Positions 7,691-18,321 of a stretch of 19,648 nt of DNA are shown here, one piece after another. Position 1 is the stretch's first letter; each line of letters begins with the position of its first letter. A program made the translations under genes and the position numbers. Location of the stretch: assembly GCA_038131935.1 (NCBI GenBank), contig JAYPQH010000019.1:1-19648 (forward strand), given 5' to 3'. This DNA is from Alphaproteobacteria bacterium. Its GTDB lineage: Bacteria; Pseudomonadota; Alphaproteobacteria; UBA8317. The notes beneath the pieces are model-generated. The model searched no databases. It had not been told where the DNA came from and worked only from the letters and a program-made list of their open reading frames with translations.

Positions 7691-9213
7691 CTAATTTTCA
7701 ACAGTGAGTGATGGGTATCTCCCATCAATTAACTGATAACGCTCTAATATTCTGTCACGCAGTTGACGACGACTGATTTTGCCTTGTGGATTTCGTGGCA
7801 AAGAAGGCATCGCCACAAACAATCTAGGCTGGTTATGCTTTGATAAGCCTGTCAATTGTAGGCGTACCCGATCCTCCCAACCCATTTGCGGGTTTTCTGC
7901 CACAGCCGTGATAACCTCGCCCCAATAATCAGAGGGCAATGAGCAGATAACAACAGCTTGAGCATAAGCAGATGGATCAAGATTTGCTTCGACTTCATCA
8001 GGGTGCACACGATATCCCCCTGTTTTTATGACATCAGCAAGCCTGCCAGTAAGCCATAACCGACCTTGTTCATCCCATGCCCCAAGATCACCCGTAGCAT
8101 GCCAACCATCTGGTTCATGTTGCAGCAATTGCCCTGCTACAACATAGCCATCAGACATATGTTGTGCACGCAACCAAACTTCATTTTCATCACCTTCGGC
8201 ATGCTGAACAGGTGGACCAATGGAAACTTCCACCCCAGTGGCGGGCCAACCAACGCATGAGCCCTCATAGCCTGCAGCGAATGCTTTCTCTAACTGGTTT
8301 GCAGTAAGAACCGTAATGGGATTGATGCACTCTGTTTTTCCATAAGTAACCCTAGTAATAGGACCAAACACAGATTTTACCCGTGCATAAAGGCTCGGAG
8401 ACAAAGGCTGTGTGCCCGTCATGATGGCTTTCAGCCCTGCCCAATTTTGACCTTTATGTACGCTCAAAATTTTGGCCAATACGGTAGGCGGTGCAAACAT
8501 CACTGTAAGACCTTGTGCTGACAATAGTGCTTCTACATTCTCAAGGTGCACCCCATCATGGATAATAACTTCACCACCCCCATCTAACCACGCCTGGGTC
8601 ACAATACTTGCACCATGAACAAAGGGCGTCATAACCAGTAATTTTTCGCCTGGTTTTGGATGATGAGGTAAGGTCGCCTTTTGCAATGTCTCCCCCACAA
8701 AGCGTTTTGCATGGGAGTATACCAAACATTTAGGCTGCGATGTTGTGCCTGAGGTGAAGGCAAACGCCCCCATATGTCTCCCGGCACTGCTGGCAATTGC
8801 TCTTCCAACTCAGTGGGCATGATCGTGTCACAATCTACAACATCAAGACCGAGATCCCGGCAGCGTTCTGCCCATTTGCCAACACTGATCACATACTTCA
8901 GACCAGAGCTCTTAACTGACCACATAACCTCTTCGTCTGTGTATACCGATGACATCGCTACCTCTGCCATGCCCGATATTTTGCAGCCATACATTCCCCA
9001 AATGGCCTGCAAACCATTTGGTAGAAATGTACCAACAGGAGTTCCAAAAACCAGGCCCATTGACCGAAGGCGTTCGGCCAACCCATGTGCGAAGGCCGAT
9101 AACTCACGAAAAGTAAGAGAATTACCTTCTCGATCACGAATAGCATCCCGGTCCTCGTACTGTTCAGCAAGAACCCTAAGAGCGTTTGACCAAGGTATAT
9201 TGGGGGCAGACAT
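7691..9213 (-). CDS. AMP-binding acyl-CoA synthetase (ANL superfamily), apparent 1-nt frameshift near 8760
   Basis: The N-terminal ORF (LTFREL..., GDIWGR) joins the ORF carrying FTSGTTSQPK, YGKTE, TGDLG, GRLADVIKTGG and PRNPQGKI. ATG at 9213 overlaps the upstream TGA (TGATG). Confidence 0.87.
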
Positions 9214-10557
9214 CAATATACCTTAAGGTCATTGAGACTGTTCTGCTGCTCCATGGAGGTGAGTAAATGTAAAAGCTGATCACGTCCTTCAACACCTTCG
9301 GTACAATCCCTAAATTTGGCATCAAGATCAGCCTTGCTTAATGGAAGTAAAGCATTGCCTCTAGCAAAACGAATATCACCACTGTCGAGTACCCGACCAT
9401 TTGACAATGTGATTTTCACCCGGTCATGTTCTGAAAAAACCGGTTCGATTGGACATGAACCTTGCCGTTTTGTGATTTCAATACGTTTCATTACAGATTG
9501 AACTTCCTTGGTATTTACAAAATCATCAACCAACTCACCTAAGCCGTTTACGGCGCACCACTGCAGATGCCACAGCAAATTCTAATGAAAATTTTGCTTC
9601 CAAACCTGTTTTTGGTTCATGATTGCGAAGCATGGAAGCCTGAGCTTCACCTATCTCCGCCTCAACATGTACAATATCGCTTGGCTGTAAATCTTCTTTA
9701 TTCACGAGATCTAAAACCCCATCTGCCACACGATGAACGGCATAGCATGCAGGGTACTTTTTGATAGAGAGACCATTTTCTCCAATCCGCAATCTACCAT
9801 GACCAATATGACTTGAATCAGAAATATCGACCCTACCCAAAGAGGAAAGTGCCGCTAAGAATCCTGCATGATGCTCTAATGCATCATCAGAAGCAGTCAT
9901 GCCTGCCAATGCAAGATCTACAGCACGAATACCATTGGCAGCAGCTTCACCAGCGTGAAATGGCTTTGTCATGGTGCCAAAATTTGCAACCAGTGCTGAT
10001 GCTAAACTTGCTGCGATTGCTAAGGCTGTTTTCGCCTGGACAGGCTGCAACTTCCGCAGGAATGCGGCACAAGCAGCCGCTCCAATGGTTCCTAAAACTG
10101 CGGTGGGATGCCAACCTTTCAAATGATAAGGGTCTTTTTCACGGACAAAAAGGTCTGCCCAAACTTCATAACCTACAAGATATGCATCGAGAACTTGCTG
10201 GCCGCTTGCCCCCACCTCTTCTCCCAAAGCCAATGCTGTTGGCACCAATACCGTCGATGGATGTCCCCCCAAAGCGACATCATCAAAATCAAGTGCATGC
10301 CCCGCAGTCGCGTTTATTCTTGCAGCATCAACCGCTGAGGCCTTTTGCTCTCCCAAAAGGATGGATGAAAGACCTTTACTTGCTGCACGATCATGTTGTG
10401 CCAGAAGTATCTTAACAACTGGCTCGTTTCGGCCCGCAATCATCGTAGCAATGGTATCGATAAAACCACTTTTAACGATATCCAACTCTTTTGTGGAACG
10501 CGCAGACCACTGTGGTTGCGCAATGAATTGTCCATATTGTTTTGTGAGATCCACCAT
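9213..10557 (-). CDS. MmgE/PrpD-family protein (epimerase/isomerase/decarboxylase-like branch), apparent frameshift near 9547
   Basis: NATAGHALDFDD..GHPS, GWHPT, NFGTMTKPFHAG, KKYPACYAVH and P.TGLEAKFS motifs. The C-terminus GLGELVDDFV...ARGNALLPLS..L.AKFRDC is in a shifted frame. Confidence 0.88.
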
Positions 10558-10583
10558 ATTGTTACCTTCTTTAGAACAAAGGG

Positions 10584-11792
10584 TTAATAAGACCTGGGCA
10601 TGCCTAAAATATGTTCAGCTATATAGGAAAGAACGAGATTTGTTGAAATTGGGGCAATCTGCATCAACCTTGTTTCTCGCCACTTTCTCTCTACGTCATA
10701 TTCCCGCGCCATCCCAAAGCCACCATGGGTCTGCATGCAAGCCTCTGCAGCATGCCATGCCGCTTCACTAGCGAGCAGTTTCGCCATATTGGTTTCTGGA
10801 CCACAAGGCTGTCCATGCGCAAATAAACAGGCTGCTTTTCGTAAAAGCATATAGGCAGCCTCGGTTTCGGCATGAGCCCTAGCAATAGGAAATGATATCG
10901 CCTGATTTTGCCCAATAGGACGATCAAACACCACCCTTTCTTTAGCATAGTTAACGGCTGTTTTAACAAACCACCTTGCATCCCCAATCGACTCAGAAGA
11001 GACAAGAATACGCTCTGCGTTCAAGCCATCAATAATATACCGAAAACCCTTACCCTCTTCTCCAATAATATTCTCAGCAGGAACTTTTAGATTGTCAAAG
11101 AACACCTCTGTAGCATGGTGATTCACCATTGCTTTGAGTGGTTTGATGGTCATTCCTTTTTCTAAACTCTCGCGGATATCCACCAGAAAGACAGAGAGTC
11201 CCTCTGTTTTTTTTGCCACTTGATCTAAAGGTGTTGTGCGCGCCAAAAGCAACATTAGGTCGGAATGCAAAGCCCGTGACGTCCAAACTTTTTGACCATT
11301 TATGATATAGTGATCTCCCTGTCTGACAGCTCTGGTTTTGAGTTTGGTTGTATCGGTACCGCTGGTTGGTTCTGTAACACCAAAAGCCTGCAGCCTAAGA
11401 TTCCCTGAGGCAATCTGAGGCAGAAATCTCTCTTTTTGCTCATTTGACCCATGACGCAACAACGTACCCATAATATACATTTGCGCATGACAAGCTCCAG
11501 CGTTACAGCCACTTGCATGAATTTCCTCAAGAATCGCTGCCGCAGCATCAAGCGGCAGACCAGATCCACCATATTCTTCGGGTATCAATGCCGCCAAAAA
11601 TCCTGCTTCCGTTAGCGCCTGCACAAAAGCAGTAGGATATGCTTCATTCGCTTCCAAGTCTTGCCAATATGTTCCAGGAAAATTTTCGCAAATACGTCGC
11701 ACAGCGGCACGAATTTCTGGGAATGTTTCCCCTAGAGATAAAGAGAGGCCTTCCTGTACGTCCCATTCTTTTTTGCTCTGTGTCTGTGACAT
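10584..11792 (-). CDS. Acyl-CoA dehydrogenase family protein
   Basis: IPEEYGGSG, GVTEPTSGTD, INGQKVWTS, GLNAERI (IVD/LCAD-position catalytic Glu), QTHGGFG and RETRLMQIAPISTN. Intact 402 aa. Confidence 0.95.
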   Translation of the reverse strand: MSQTQSKKEWDVQEGLSLSLGETFPEIRAAVRRICENFPGTYWQDLEANEAYPTAFVQALTEAGFLAALIPEEYGGSGLPLDAAAAILEEIHASGCNAGACHAQMYIMGTLLRHGSNEQKERFLPQIASGNLRLQAFGVTEPTSGTDTTKLKTRAVRQGDHYIINGQKVWTSRALHSDLMLLLARTTPLDQVAKKTEGLSVFLVDIRESLEKGMTIKPLKAMVNHHATEVFFDNLKVPAENIIGEEGKGFRYIIDGLNAERILVSSESIGDARWFVKTAVNYAKERVVFDRPIGQNQAISFPIARAHAETEAAYMLLRKAACLFAHGQPCGPETNMAKLLASEAAWHAAEACMQTHGGFGMAREYDVERKWRETRLMQIAPISTNLVLSYIAEHILGMPRSY

Positions 11793-11804
11793 ATTCTGCC
11801 TCTT

Positions 11805-12746
11805 TCAACGTCTTTCAGCTGGAACATAATGAGCCGGGAAGCCCGCCCTGGCGAACGCACCATGCATAGAGATGTCAGGCAAAGATTTTTGAACCAACTC
11901 TCTAACCGCTACCAATTTTTCTAAATCGACACCCGTACGAAGCCCCATTGAATCCAGCATGAAACAAAGATCATCCATAACAATATTGCCCGTTGCACCT
12001 GGCGCAAATGGACAACCACCAATACCAGCAAGTGAGGCATCAAAATATTTTACGCCGCAATCTAAAGCTGCCAACACATTGGCAAGCCCAGTCCCTCTGG
12101 TATCGTGAAAATGAGCTGTCACAGGAAGGTCACCCAACTCCGCTATCACCGCGGTAAATACCTCACGAACCAAAACAGGATCAGCATAGCCAACGGTGTC
12201 TGGAAGCGCGACTTCACATGCACCTAATTCAGCCATTTGCACAGCGTAATGCACCACATCCCGCACTGATACACGGCCTTCAAATGAACAACCTAGAGAT
12301 GTGGCAAGCCCTACGCCAACAAGTGGCCTTTGATTTTCTGGCAACTCACCAACCATCTGCATAATAGATTGAAAATCAGCAACTGACTCTTCACGCTCTC
12401 TACGCACATTTTTTAAATTATGTGTCTTACTTACCGACATCACAAAATTAATTTTATGCACACCCAGCGCGACACCTCTTTCTGCACCTTTTTTATTTGG
12501 CACCAGTGCTGCCACGCGCAGTCCTGGCACACGCAGTGCTGCCTGTGTAACTTCAGCTGCATCGACAAACTGTGGTATCAGTTTAGGGGGAACATAAGAG
12601 GTGACCTCAATATCCTTAACGCCAGCATCCGCCTCAGCTTCTATCCATGATATTTTATCTTCCGTTGCCATAAAAGTAGGGTGAATTTGCAGCCCATCAC
12701 GCAAACCTACTTCTCGAACAAACACATCTACCGTATTATTGGACAT
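11805..12746 (-). CDS. Hydroxymethylglutaryl-CoA lyase-like DRE-TIM metallolyase
   Basis: EVGLRDGLQ, LPDTVG, HFHDTRG and GGCPFAPGATGN motifs. ATG at 12746 follows AGAGGT. Confidence 0.92.
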   Translation of the reverse strand: MSNNTVDVFVREVGLRDGLQIHPTFMATEDKISWIEAEADAGVKDIEVTSYVPPKLIPQFVDAAEVTQAALRVPGLRVAALVPNKKGAERGVALGVHKINFVMSVSKTHNLKNVRREREESVADFQSIMQMVGELPENQRPLVGVGLATSLGCSFEGRVSVRDVVHYAVQMAELGACEVALPDTVGYADPVLVREVFTAVIAELGDLPVTAHFHDTRGTGLANVLAALDCGVKYFDASLAGIGGCPFAPGATGNIVMDDLCFMLDSMGLRTGVDLEKLVAVRELVQKSLPDISMHGAFARAGFPAHYVPAERR

Positions 12747-12790
12747 ATCCAGATACCTCTTCACATCTTGTTGAGATCAAACATAAACTT

Positions 12791-13588
12791 CTATTGGCCC
12801 TTGAATTTGGCTGGACGCTTTTCATTAAAGGCTGCCACACCCTCCAAACGATCTTCCGTATCAATCAAGTGGTTATAAGCCTCTATCTCAAAGCGAAATG
12901 CCGTACGCAGTTCCATTTGGCCACCAAACCGAACAGATTTTTTGACCTGCTTTACAGATAGTGGCGCGTTTTGGGCTATAATCTTGGCGGTTTCCATAGC
13001 TTCTTTGAGAACATTTGCTGCTGGAAGAACTCTATTGAGAACACCGAAACGTTCTGCATCTTGCGCCGTGATCGGTCGACCAGTCATCAATATTTCCTTC
13101 GCACGGCGCTCGCCAATAGCCCGTGGCAAATTCTGGGTACCACCTGCTCCAGGCATAATGCCCAGGGTAACTTCTGTGAGTGCAAAGCGAGCCATTTCCG
13201 AACCATATGCAAAATCACAACAGAGAACCATTTCGAAACCACCTGCGTAAGCATGACCATTCACAGCAGCAATCACAGGAAGAGGCAAATCCACCAAACT
13301 CCAGTAGCCGCGCTCAAAAAGCTCATGTTGCATCACCCATTGTTTTTTTGTCATTCCATTACGTTCTTTAAGATCCCCACCCGCACAGAATATTCGCTCA
13401 CCTGCACCGGTAAGCACAACCACACGAACAGGCCCAGCATCCTCGGTTAGCCTTGTCCAAAGATCGAACAGATCTCTTCCCATCTGTGTATTTAATGCAT
13501 TGGCAACTTCAGGCCTATTCAGCGTCACCAGTAGAATGTGATCTTCACATATTTCAGTACGAATGGTTTCGTATGCAGGTAAATTCAT
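12791..13588 (-). CDS. Enoyl-CoA hydratase (crotonase) with both catalytic glutamates
   Basis: VTLNRPEVANAL, FCAGGDLKE, AGGFE, FALTE..LGIMPGAGGTQ and EGVAAFNEKRP. ATG at 13588 follows GAGG. Confidence 0.92.
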   Translation of the reverse strand: MNLPAYETIRTEICEDHILLVTLNRPEVANALNTQMGRDLFDLWTRLTEDAGPVRVVVLTGAGERIFCAGGDLKERNGMTKKQWVMQHELFERGYWSLVDLPLPVIAAVNGHAYAGGFEMVLCCDFAYGSEMARFALTEVTLGIMPGAGGTQNLPRAIGERRAKEILMTGRPITAQDAERFGVLNRVLPAANVLKEAMETAKIIAQNAPLSVKQVKKSVRFGGQMELRTAFRFEIEAYNHLIDTEDRLEGVAAFNEKRPAKFKGQ

Positions 13589-13598
13589 CGCCAAAACC

Positions 13599-14735
13599 TC
13601 ATTTTTCTTGATCGGGAAACAGAACATGATTGTGCGCCCCAAGATGAGGAGGGACACCTTGTGGTGCTGGGCGCACACCATCAATTTTTATAGGCAAACC
13701 AAACATTGTCATATCAGTGCCAGGCACAGGCTGCATGATCCCCACCGCCTGGGTTTGAGGATGGTCCACCAATTGGGCCAATGTTTGCACCGGTGCGCAC
13801 GGTATGCCTGCCTCATCCATCAAGTCTATCCAGGTAGCATTTGATTTGGCCTTCATCACATTCTCAATCATTGGATAAAGTGTGGTTTGATGATTGACCC
13901 GATCGGGGTTTGATAAAAAACGTGGGTCACTAGCCCATTCTGGATGCCCCAAAACCTGAGTCAGTCGGCGAAAAAGCTCATCTCCCCCTGCCGCGACAAC
14001 CACTTCACCATCCAATGTTGGAAATGCACGATAAGGAACAATGCTCGCCACCCCGGAGCCTTGTTTCTCCATCAATTCACCACTTGCAAGGTATTGTGAC
14101 CCCAAAAGTGAAGACCAGTTGGTAGCCGTTTCAAAAAGCGCGACATCAACAACATGCCCACGCCCTGTGATTTGCCGATCCCATAAGGCCATAAAAATTC
14201 CTAATACGCCCCATAGTCCGGTTCCCATATCGACAATAGAAGCACCCACACGCACGGATGGACGCCCTGGCTCGCCAGTTGTCGCCATGATACCACCAAA
14301 TGCCTGCATAAGCGGGTCATAACCCGGGCGGTCTTTCAACGGACCAGTTGTGCCAAATGCTCCGACATTGCAGTAAATGAGAGCTGGGTTTGCAGCACAT
14401 AATGTCTTCGCATCCAATCCTAATTTTTCAACTTGTCCTGGCCTCATATTCTGTATCACGATATCCGCGTGCTGTGCGATGAATTCGCATAATTTTGCGC
14501 GCTGTTCTTCATCACGCATATCGCAGACAACTGATTGTTTACCCCGATTCAAGGTTTGAAAAAATGCTCCAGCTCCATTCCAAAAAGGAGGCCCCCAATG
14601 ACGAGCATCATCACCAGCACCTTTTTCATTCTTGACGACCTTGGCTCCAAAGTCCGCAAAAATTTGACCTGCGAATGGGGCTGCAACGGAATTTCCCAAT
14701 TCTACCACCACAAGGTCTGCAATATTTGCCAGCAT
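13599..14735 (-). CDS. CaiB/BaiF (class III) CoA-transferase
   Basis: VAAPFAGQIFADFGAKVVK.E...GDDAR, LNRGKQSV, GYDPLMQA.GG and catalytic Asp in SIVDMGTG. Confidence 0.93.
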   Translation of the reverse strand: MLANIADLVVVELGNSVAAPFAGQIFADFGAKVVKNEKGAGDDARHWGPPFWNGAGAFFQTLNRGKQSVVCDMRDEEQRAKLCEFIAQHADIVIQNMRPGQVEKLGLDAKTLCAANPALIYCNVGAFGTTGPLKDRPGYDPLMQAFGGIMATTGEPGRPSVRVGASIVDMGTGLWGVLGIFMALWDRQITGRGHVVDVALFETATNWSSLLGSQYLASGELMEKQGSGVASIVPYRAFPTLDGEVVVAAGGDELFRRLTQVLGHPEWASDPRFLSNPDRVNHQTTLYPMIENVMKAKSNATWIDLMDEAGIPCAPVQTLAQLVDHPQTQAVGIMQPVPGTDMTMFGLPIKIDGVRPAPQGVPPHLGAHNHVLFPDQEK

Positions 14736-14999
14736 GTTTCTTTTTCCCCTACCCTCTAACAGTTCATTTTGTTGTGATGAAGAGCAATGAATTGTTTTGT
14801 GTTTTGCACAATGCTATCGGTAGGTTATGCTACCAAAGCAGCATGCGCAATAAGGCACCTCATTCATCATCATCGGCAAAATTAACACTTGCAAAAGCAA
14901 TCTATTGTGCCGTTTACTTCCATTGTGTTTTTAAACACTCTTCTCTTTTTTCAACTCAATTCTCTAAAATATTTATATTTTTGAAGGGCCATTACTACC

Positions 15000-16188
15000 A
15001 TGCCAAGCCAAAATCTTTGGCAGACCATCATTGTTTTATTTTTCTTGATCGCGGTCCAAGCCACCTCAGCAATTTCAGGTTTTTGGTTACCTGCCATTGC
15101 ACCAAATGTTGCCCAGGACCTTGGCGTCGATGCGGCACTCGTTGGGGTTGCCGTCATGATTTTGTATTTTGCCGCAATGTTATCGAGTTTGGCTGTGGGT
15201 GGTTTTGTCCGCAGATTTGGAGCTTGGCGAACATCTCAAATCGCTCTTGCAGGATTTGCTTTGGCGCACATCATACAAATGCAAGGAAGCCTTTGGAGCA
15301 TCGCTTTAGGCGCCATCATTCAAGGCATTTCTTATGGTTTCGTTACCCCTCCAGCTTCACATTTGTTACAAAAAGTTGTCACCCCCAAAAACCGCAACCT
15401 TCTTTTCTCTATCCGCTTTACAGGTGTTCCTCTTGGCGGTGTTGTCACAGGATTGTTGGCACCCCCATTGACCCTTGAACTAGGGTGGCAATCTGCCATG
15501 TTGTTTGTGGTCTTCTTCTCTTGTTTTTTGATCATTGTGATGCAGCCATTAAGAAAGAGCTGGGATCATGATCGTGATCATTCCGCTGCGCTATTACGTG
15601 ATCCACGCAGCGATATGATTAAATCCTGGCAATCCAAGTCTCTTCGCTATGTGGTTTCTTTCAGTTTGCATGGGGCTGTTCAAACAACTTTAACACATTC
15701 ACCACAACAGCATTGGTAGCTGATGCCCATTTAAGGCTTGTTGTTGCAGGTTTAGATTGGCCTATCTTCAATTTGGGGTATTTGGTCGACTTTGGGGTTG
15801 ATGCAGACAAATGGGCCAGGGTATGGTGGTCGCAGCATTTGTTGCCGTCATAGCGGCCATCTCCAATATGTCCGCTATGCTGTTAAATGAAGGATTAGGC
15901 ACGACCATCATTTTCGTAGGTTGTTTTATCCTAGGGCTTACAGGATTAGGATGGAATGGTGTATATGCCAGTGAAATCGCAAGGCGTGCGCCCAAAGATC
16001 AAGTAAGTCAGATCACTGGGGCTAGCATGTTCTTTACATTTTCCGGTGTGTTCTGGGGACCATCCATTTACCTTTTTGCCCATGCCCTCTTAGGCAGTTA
16101 TGCCCTAGCATTTTTAGCATCGGTTATCATGGCAGGTTTGGCAGCGTTATGTTGTTACATGGCACAACGGAATGTTCCAAATCCCTAA
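15000..16188 (+). CDS. MFS transporter, apparent frameshifts between about 15650 and 15810
   Basis: Hydrophobic N-domain with a motif A-like GGFVRRFGAWR and R......SIRFTGVPLGG. The C-domain fragment (15811-16188) has GWNGVYASEIARRAP and is in a different frame. Confidence 0.82.
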
Positions 16189-16934
16189 ACTTGCGTAACA
16201 ACACCGCCATTCACTTGTAGCATTTGGCCGCTCATGAAACCACCATCATCTGAACATAAATAGCTCACAAGACCAGCAATATCTCGACTTTTTCCTAGCC
16301 TACCTGACGGGTTACCTAGCCGCAATTGCTCAAACGAACCGCCAGAATCAATAACAACATCATCTCCAGGAAATGTTCCAGGCGATATCATATTGCAGGT
16401 AACACCATCCCGACCATGCTCTACACATAAGGATTTCGTAAGCCCCCACAAAGCATGCTTTGATACGGAGACAGCTGTTTTCCCGACATAACCTTTTTGT
16501 GCATTCATCCCCGTGAAATGTATAATCTGACCCCAATTTGCTTGTATTCATATCGGGTAACAAACCACGCGCCAGCCAAACTGCTGAATGAAAATTCACG
16601 TCCATAACCTTATCCCAAACAGCCATATCTTCATCCAAGAAAGGTGCTGAAGGTCTAATTGCCGCATTATTGATAAGGACATGAACAGGTCCAAAGTGCT
16701 TATGTGTACTGTCAATCAATCGATCGATATCGCTGCGTTGTCCGATATCAGCCATACAAAAATGAGCAGACCCACCGTTTGCTTCAATCTCAGACACAAC
16801 AGATTGACACGCGGCCTCATCTTTTGAACCATTAACCACAACGTTAAAGCCATCCTCTGTAAGACGCATAGCGATCCCCCCTTTACCGATGCGCGCACCA
16901 GATCCTACGTCATTGTGGCGGTTTTTTTGAGCAT
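16185..16934 (-). CDS. SDR-family (FabG-like) oxidoreductase, atypical active site; apparent frameshifts near 16905 and 16540
   Basis: ATG 16934 after GAAAGGAAG gives MLKKTA. Then GSGARIGKG, ADI, VLINNAAIRP and VMDVN follow, and after a shift WGQIIHFTGMNAQKGYVGKTAVSVSKHALWGLTKSL, NMISPG and FMSGQMLQVNGG. Confidence 0.82.
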
Positions 16935-17109
16935 TTACTCTTCCTTTCTTCAACCATATGCAAAACGAACATAGTATTGTTGCATGCTTAAGTGCTTGTG
17001 ATGGACGAGGTAAACATTTAGCATTCTGAATACAAACCAGAATAAATGTGTTCTTGGTCCACAAAAATGAGCGAAACATGGCCAAAGATTTCGATCAAGA
17101 GGGGAAAAT

Positions 17110-18321
17110 ATGGCAGAAAGCATTGGTGTTGACGGGGCATGGGACCCAAATCTCAAAGGAAGCTTGCACGGCGTTCGTGTTTTGGACATGTCTCGTCTGG
17201 TGGCAGGAAACGCGTTAACCCATGTTTTGGCTGACCATGGTGCGGAAGTTATCAAAGTTGAACGTCCAGGACGTGGCGATGATTTGCGAAATTGAAAACG
17301 AAGGACATGCCACACACTGGAAAGTTTTACCGCCAAAACAAGCGCAGTGTGACATTAGATTATCGCGCAGAGGGTGAACGAATTGTTTCTAAATTAGTGA
17401 AAACAGCTCATGCCCTTGTAGAAAATTTCAAGCCAGGAACCTTGGAAAAAATGGGGCTGGGAACTGATGTTCTTCATAAGATCAATCCTAAACTCGTCAT
17501 CGTCAGAATCTCAGGTTGGGGACAAGATGGTATGTGGAGCCACAAACCCGGCTTTGGCTCATTGGTAGAAGCCATGGGAGGCTATGCGTCTGTAAGCGGA
17601 TTTTCTGATCGTCCTCCTTTGCTCCCCCCCACAGCCTTGGCTGACATGATTGCAGGGTTGTACGGCTCCATGGCTGTGATGGCCGCGATTAGGCATGTCG
17701 AGGTTGAAGGGGGTAATGGCCAAATTATTGATTTGCCGCTGTTGGATGCCATTCATTCTGTACTTGGCCCTCTTGCCGCTAATTATGCGCTAACAGGTCA
17801 AGAGCCCGAGCGTATTGGATCATTATCTGATCAAACAGCCTCGAAATGTGTATCAGTGCCGTGACGGCAAACATGTTGCACTCAGCGCATCTATGCAAGC
17901 CATGGCAGAACGACTTTTTCGCGCCATGGGTCAGCCAGAGCTCATTGATGACCCCCGCTTTCGGACCAATTCAGATCGCGTAGCTCATAAGGAAGAGCTC
18001 GATGCTATTGTTGCAAACTTTATGGCAAGCCATGACCAAAAAGACTTGTTAGACCTTTTTGAGCGCGAAGATGTTACCGTAGGCCCAGTTGTTGGGATCG
18101 CAGAATTTGTACAACATCCTTATGTGCATGATCGGCGCGTGGTTTTGAATATGCCTGATGAGGATGCGGGACAAATACCCATGCATCATGTTGTTGCTAG
18201 GATGTCCGATACTCCAGGTGGCATGATAAGACAGGCACCAGCCCTTGGCCAAGACAATGACCAAATATGGCGTAGTATTGGTGAAGACCCAGATTATTTA
18301 CGATCAAAAGGAGTAATATGA
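17110..18321 (+). CDS. CaiB/BaiF (class III) CoA-transferase, apparent frameshifts at about 17293-17330 and 17838
   Basis: Three consecutive ORF pieces: LHGVRVLDMSRLVAG...LADHGAEVIKVERPGRGDDLR; NKRSVTLD...ENFKPGT...ALADMIAG (catalytic Asp); PRNVYQCRDG...APALGQDN. Confidence 0.88.

Noticed and set aside
9813-10415. 200-aa plus-strand ORF and other antisense ORFs over the minus-strand operon (8774-9226, 10361-10771, 12971-13450)
   Set aside because: They lie opposite well-supported genes and show no family motifs.
9213-10557. Call as prpD (2-methylcitrate dehydratase)
   Set aside because: No prpB/prpC context, and the motifs look like the broader MmgE/PrpD epimerase/decarboxylase-like branch, so no symbol was assigned.
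10584-11792. ACAD as a 3-sulfinopropionyl-CoA desulfinase
   Set aside because: It retains a Glu at the IVD/LCAD catalytic position (LNAER), consistent with a true dehydrogenase. No positive evidence for a desulfinase.
6882-14735. Canonical leucine (liu) or acyclic terpene (atu) operon
   Set aside because: No biotin-dependent carboxylase subunits in the window, and the CaiB and PrpD-like genes are not part of those operons.
14675-15478. 267-aa plus-strand ORF
   Set aside because: Out-of-frame overlap with the MFS gene and the promoter region; the sequence is not protein-like.
16935-17085. Long N-terminal extensions in the ORF track for the SDR, TauD (2675-2767) and crotonase (13589-13684)
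   Set aside because: Downstream ATGs with good RBSs coincide with the start of the family fold; the extensions run into promoter DNA or the neighbouring gene.
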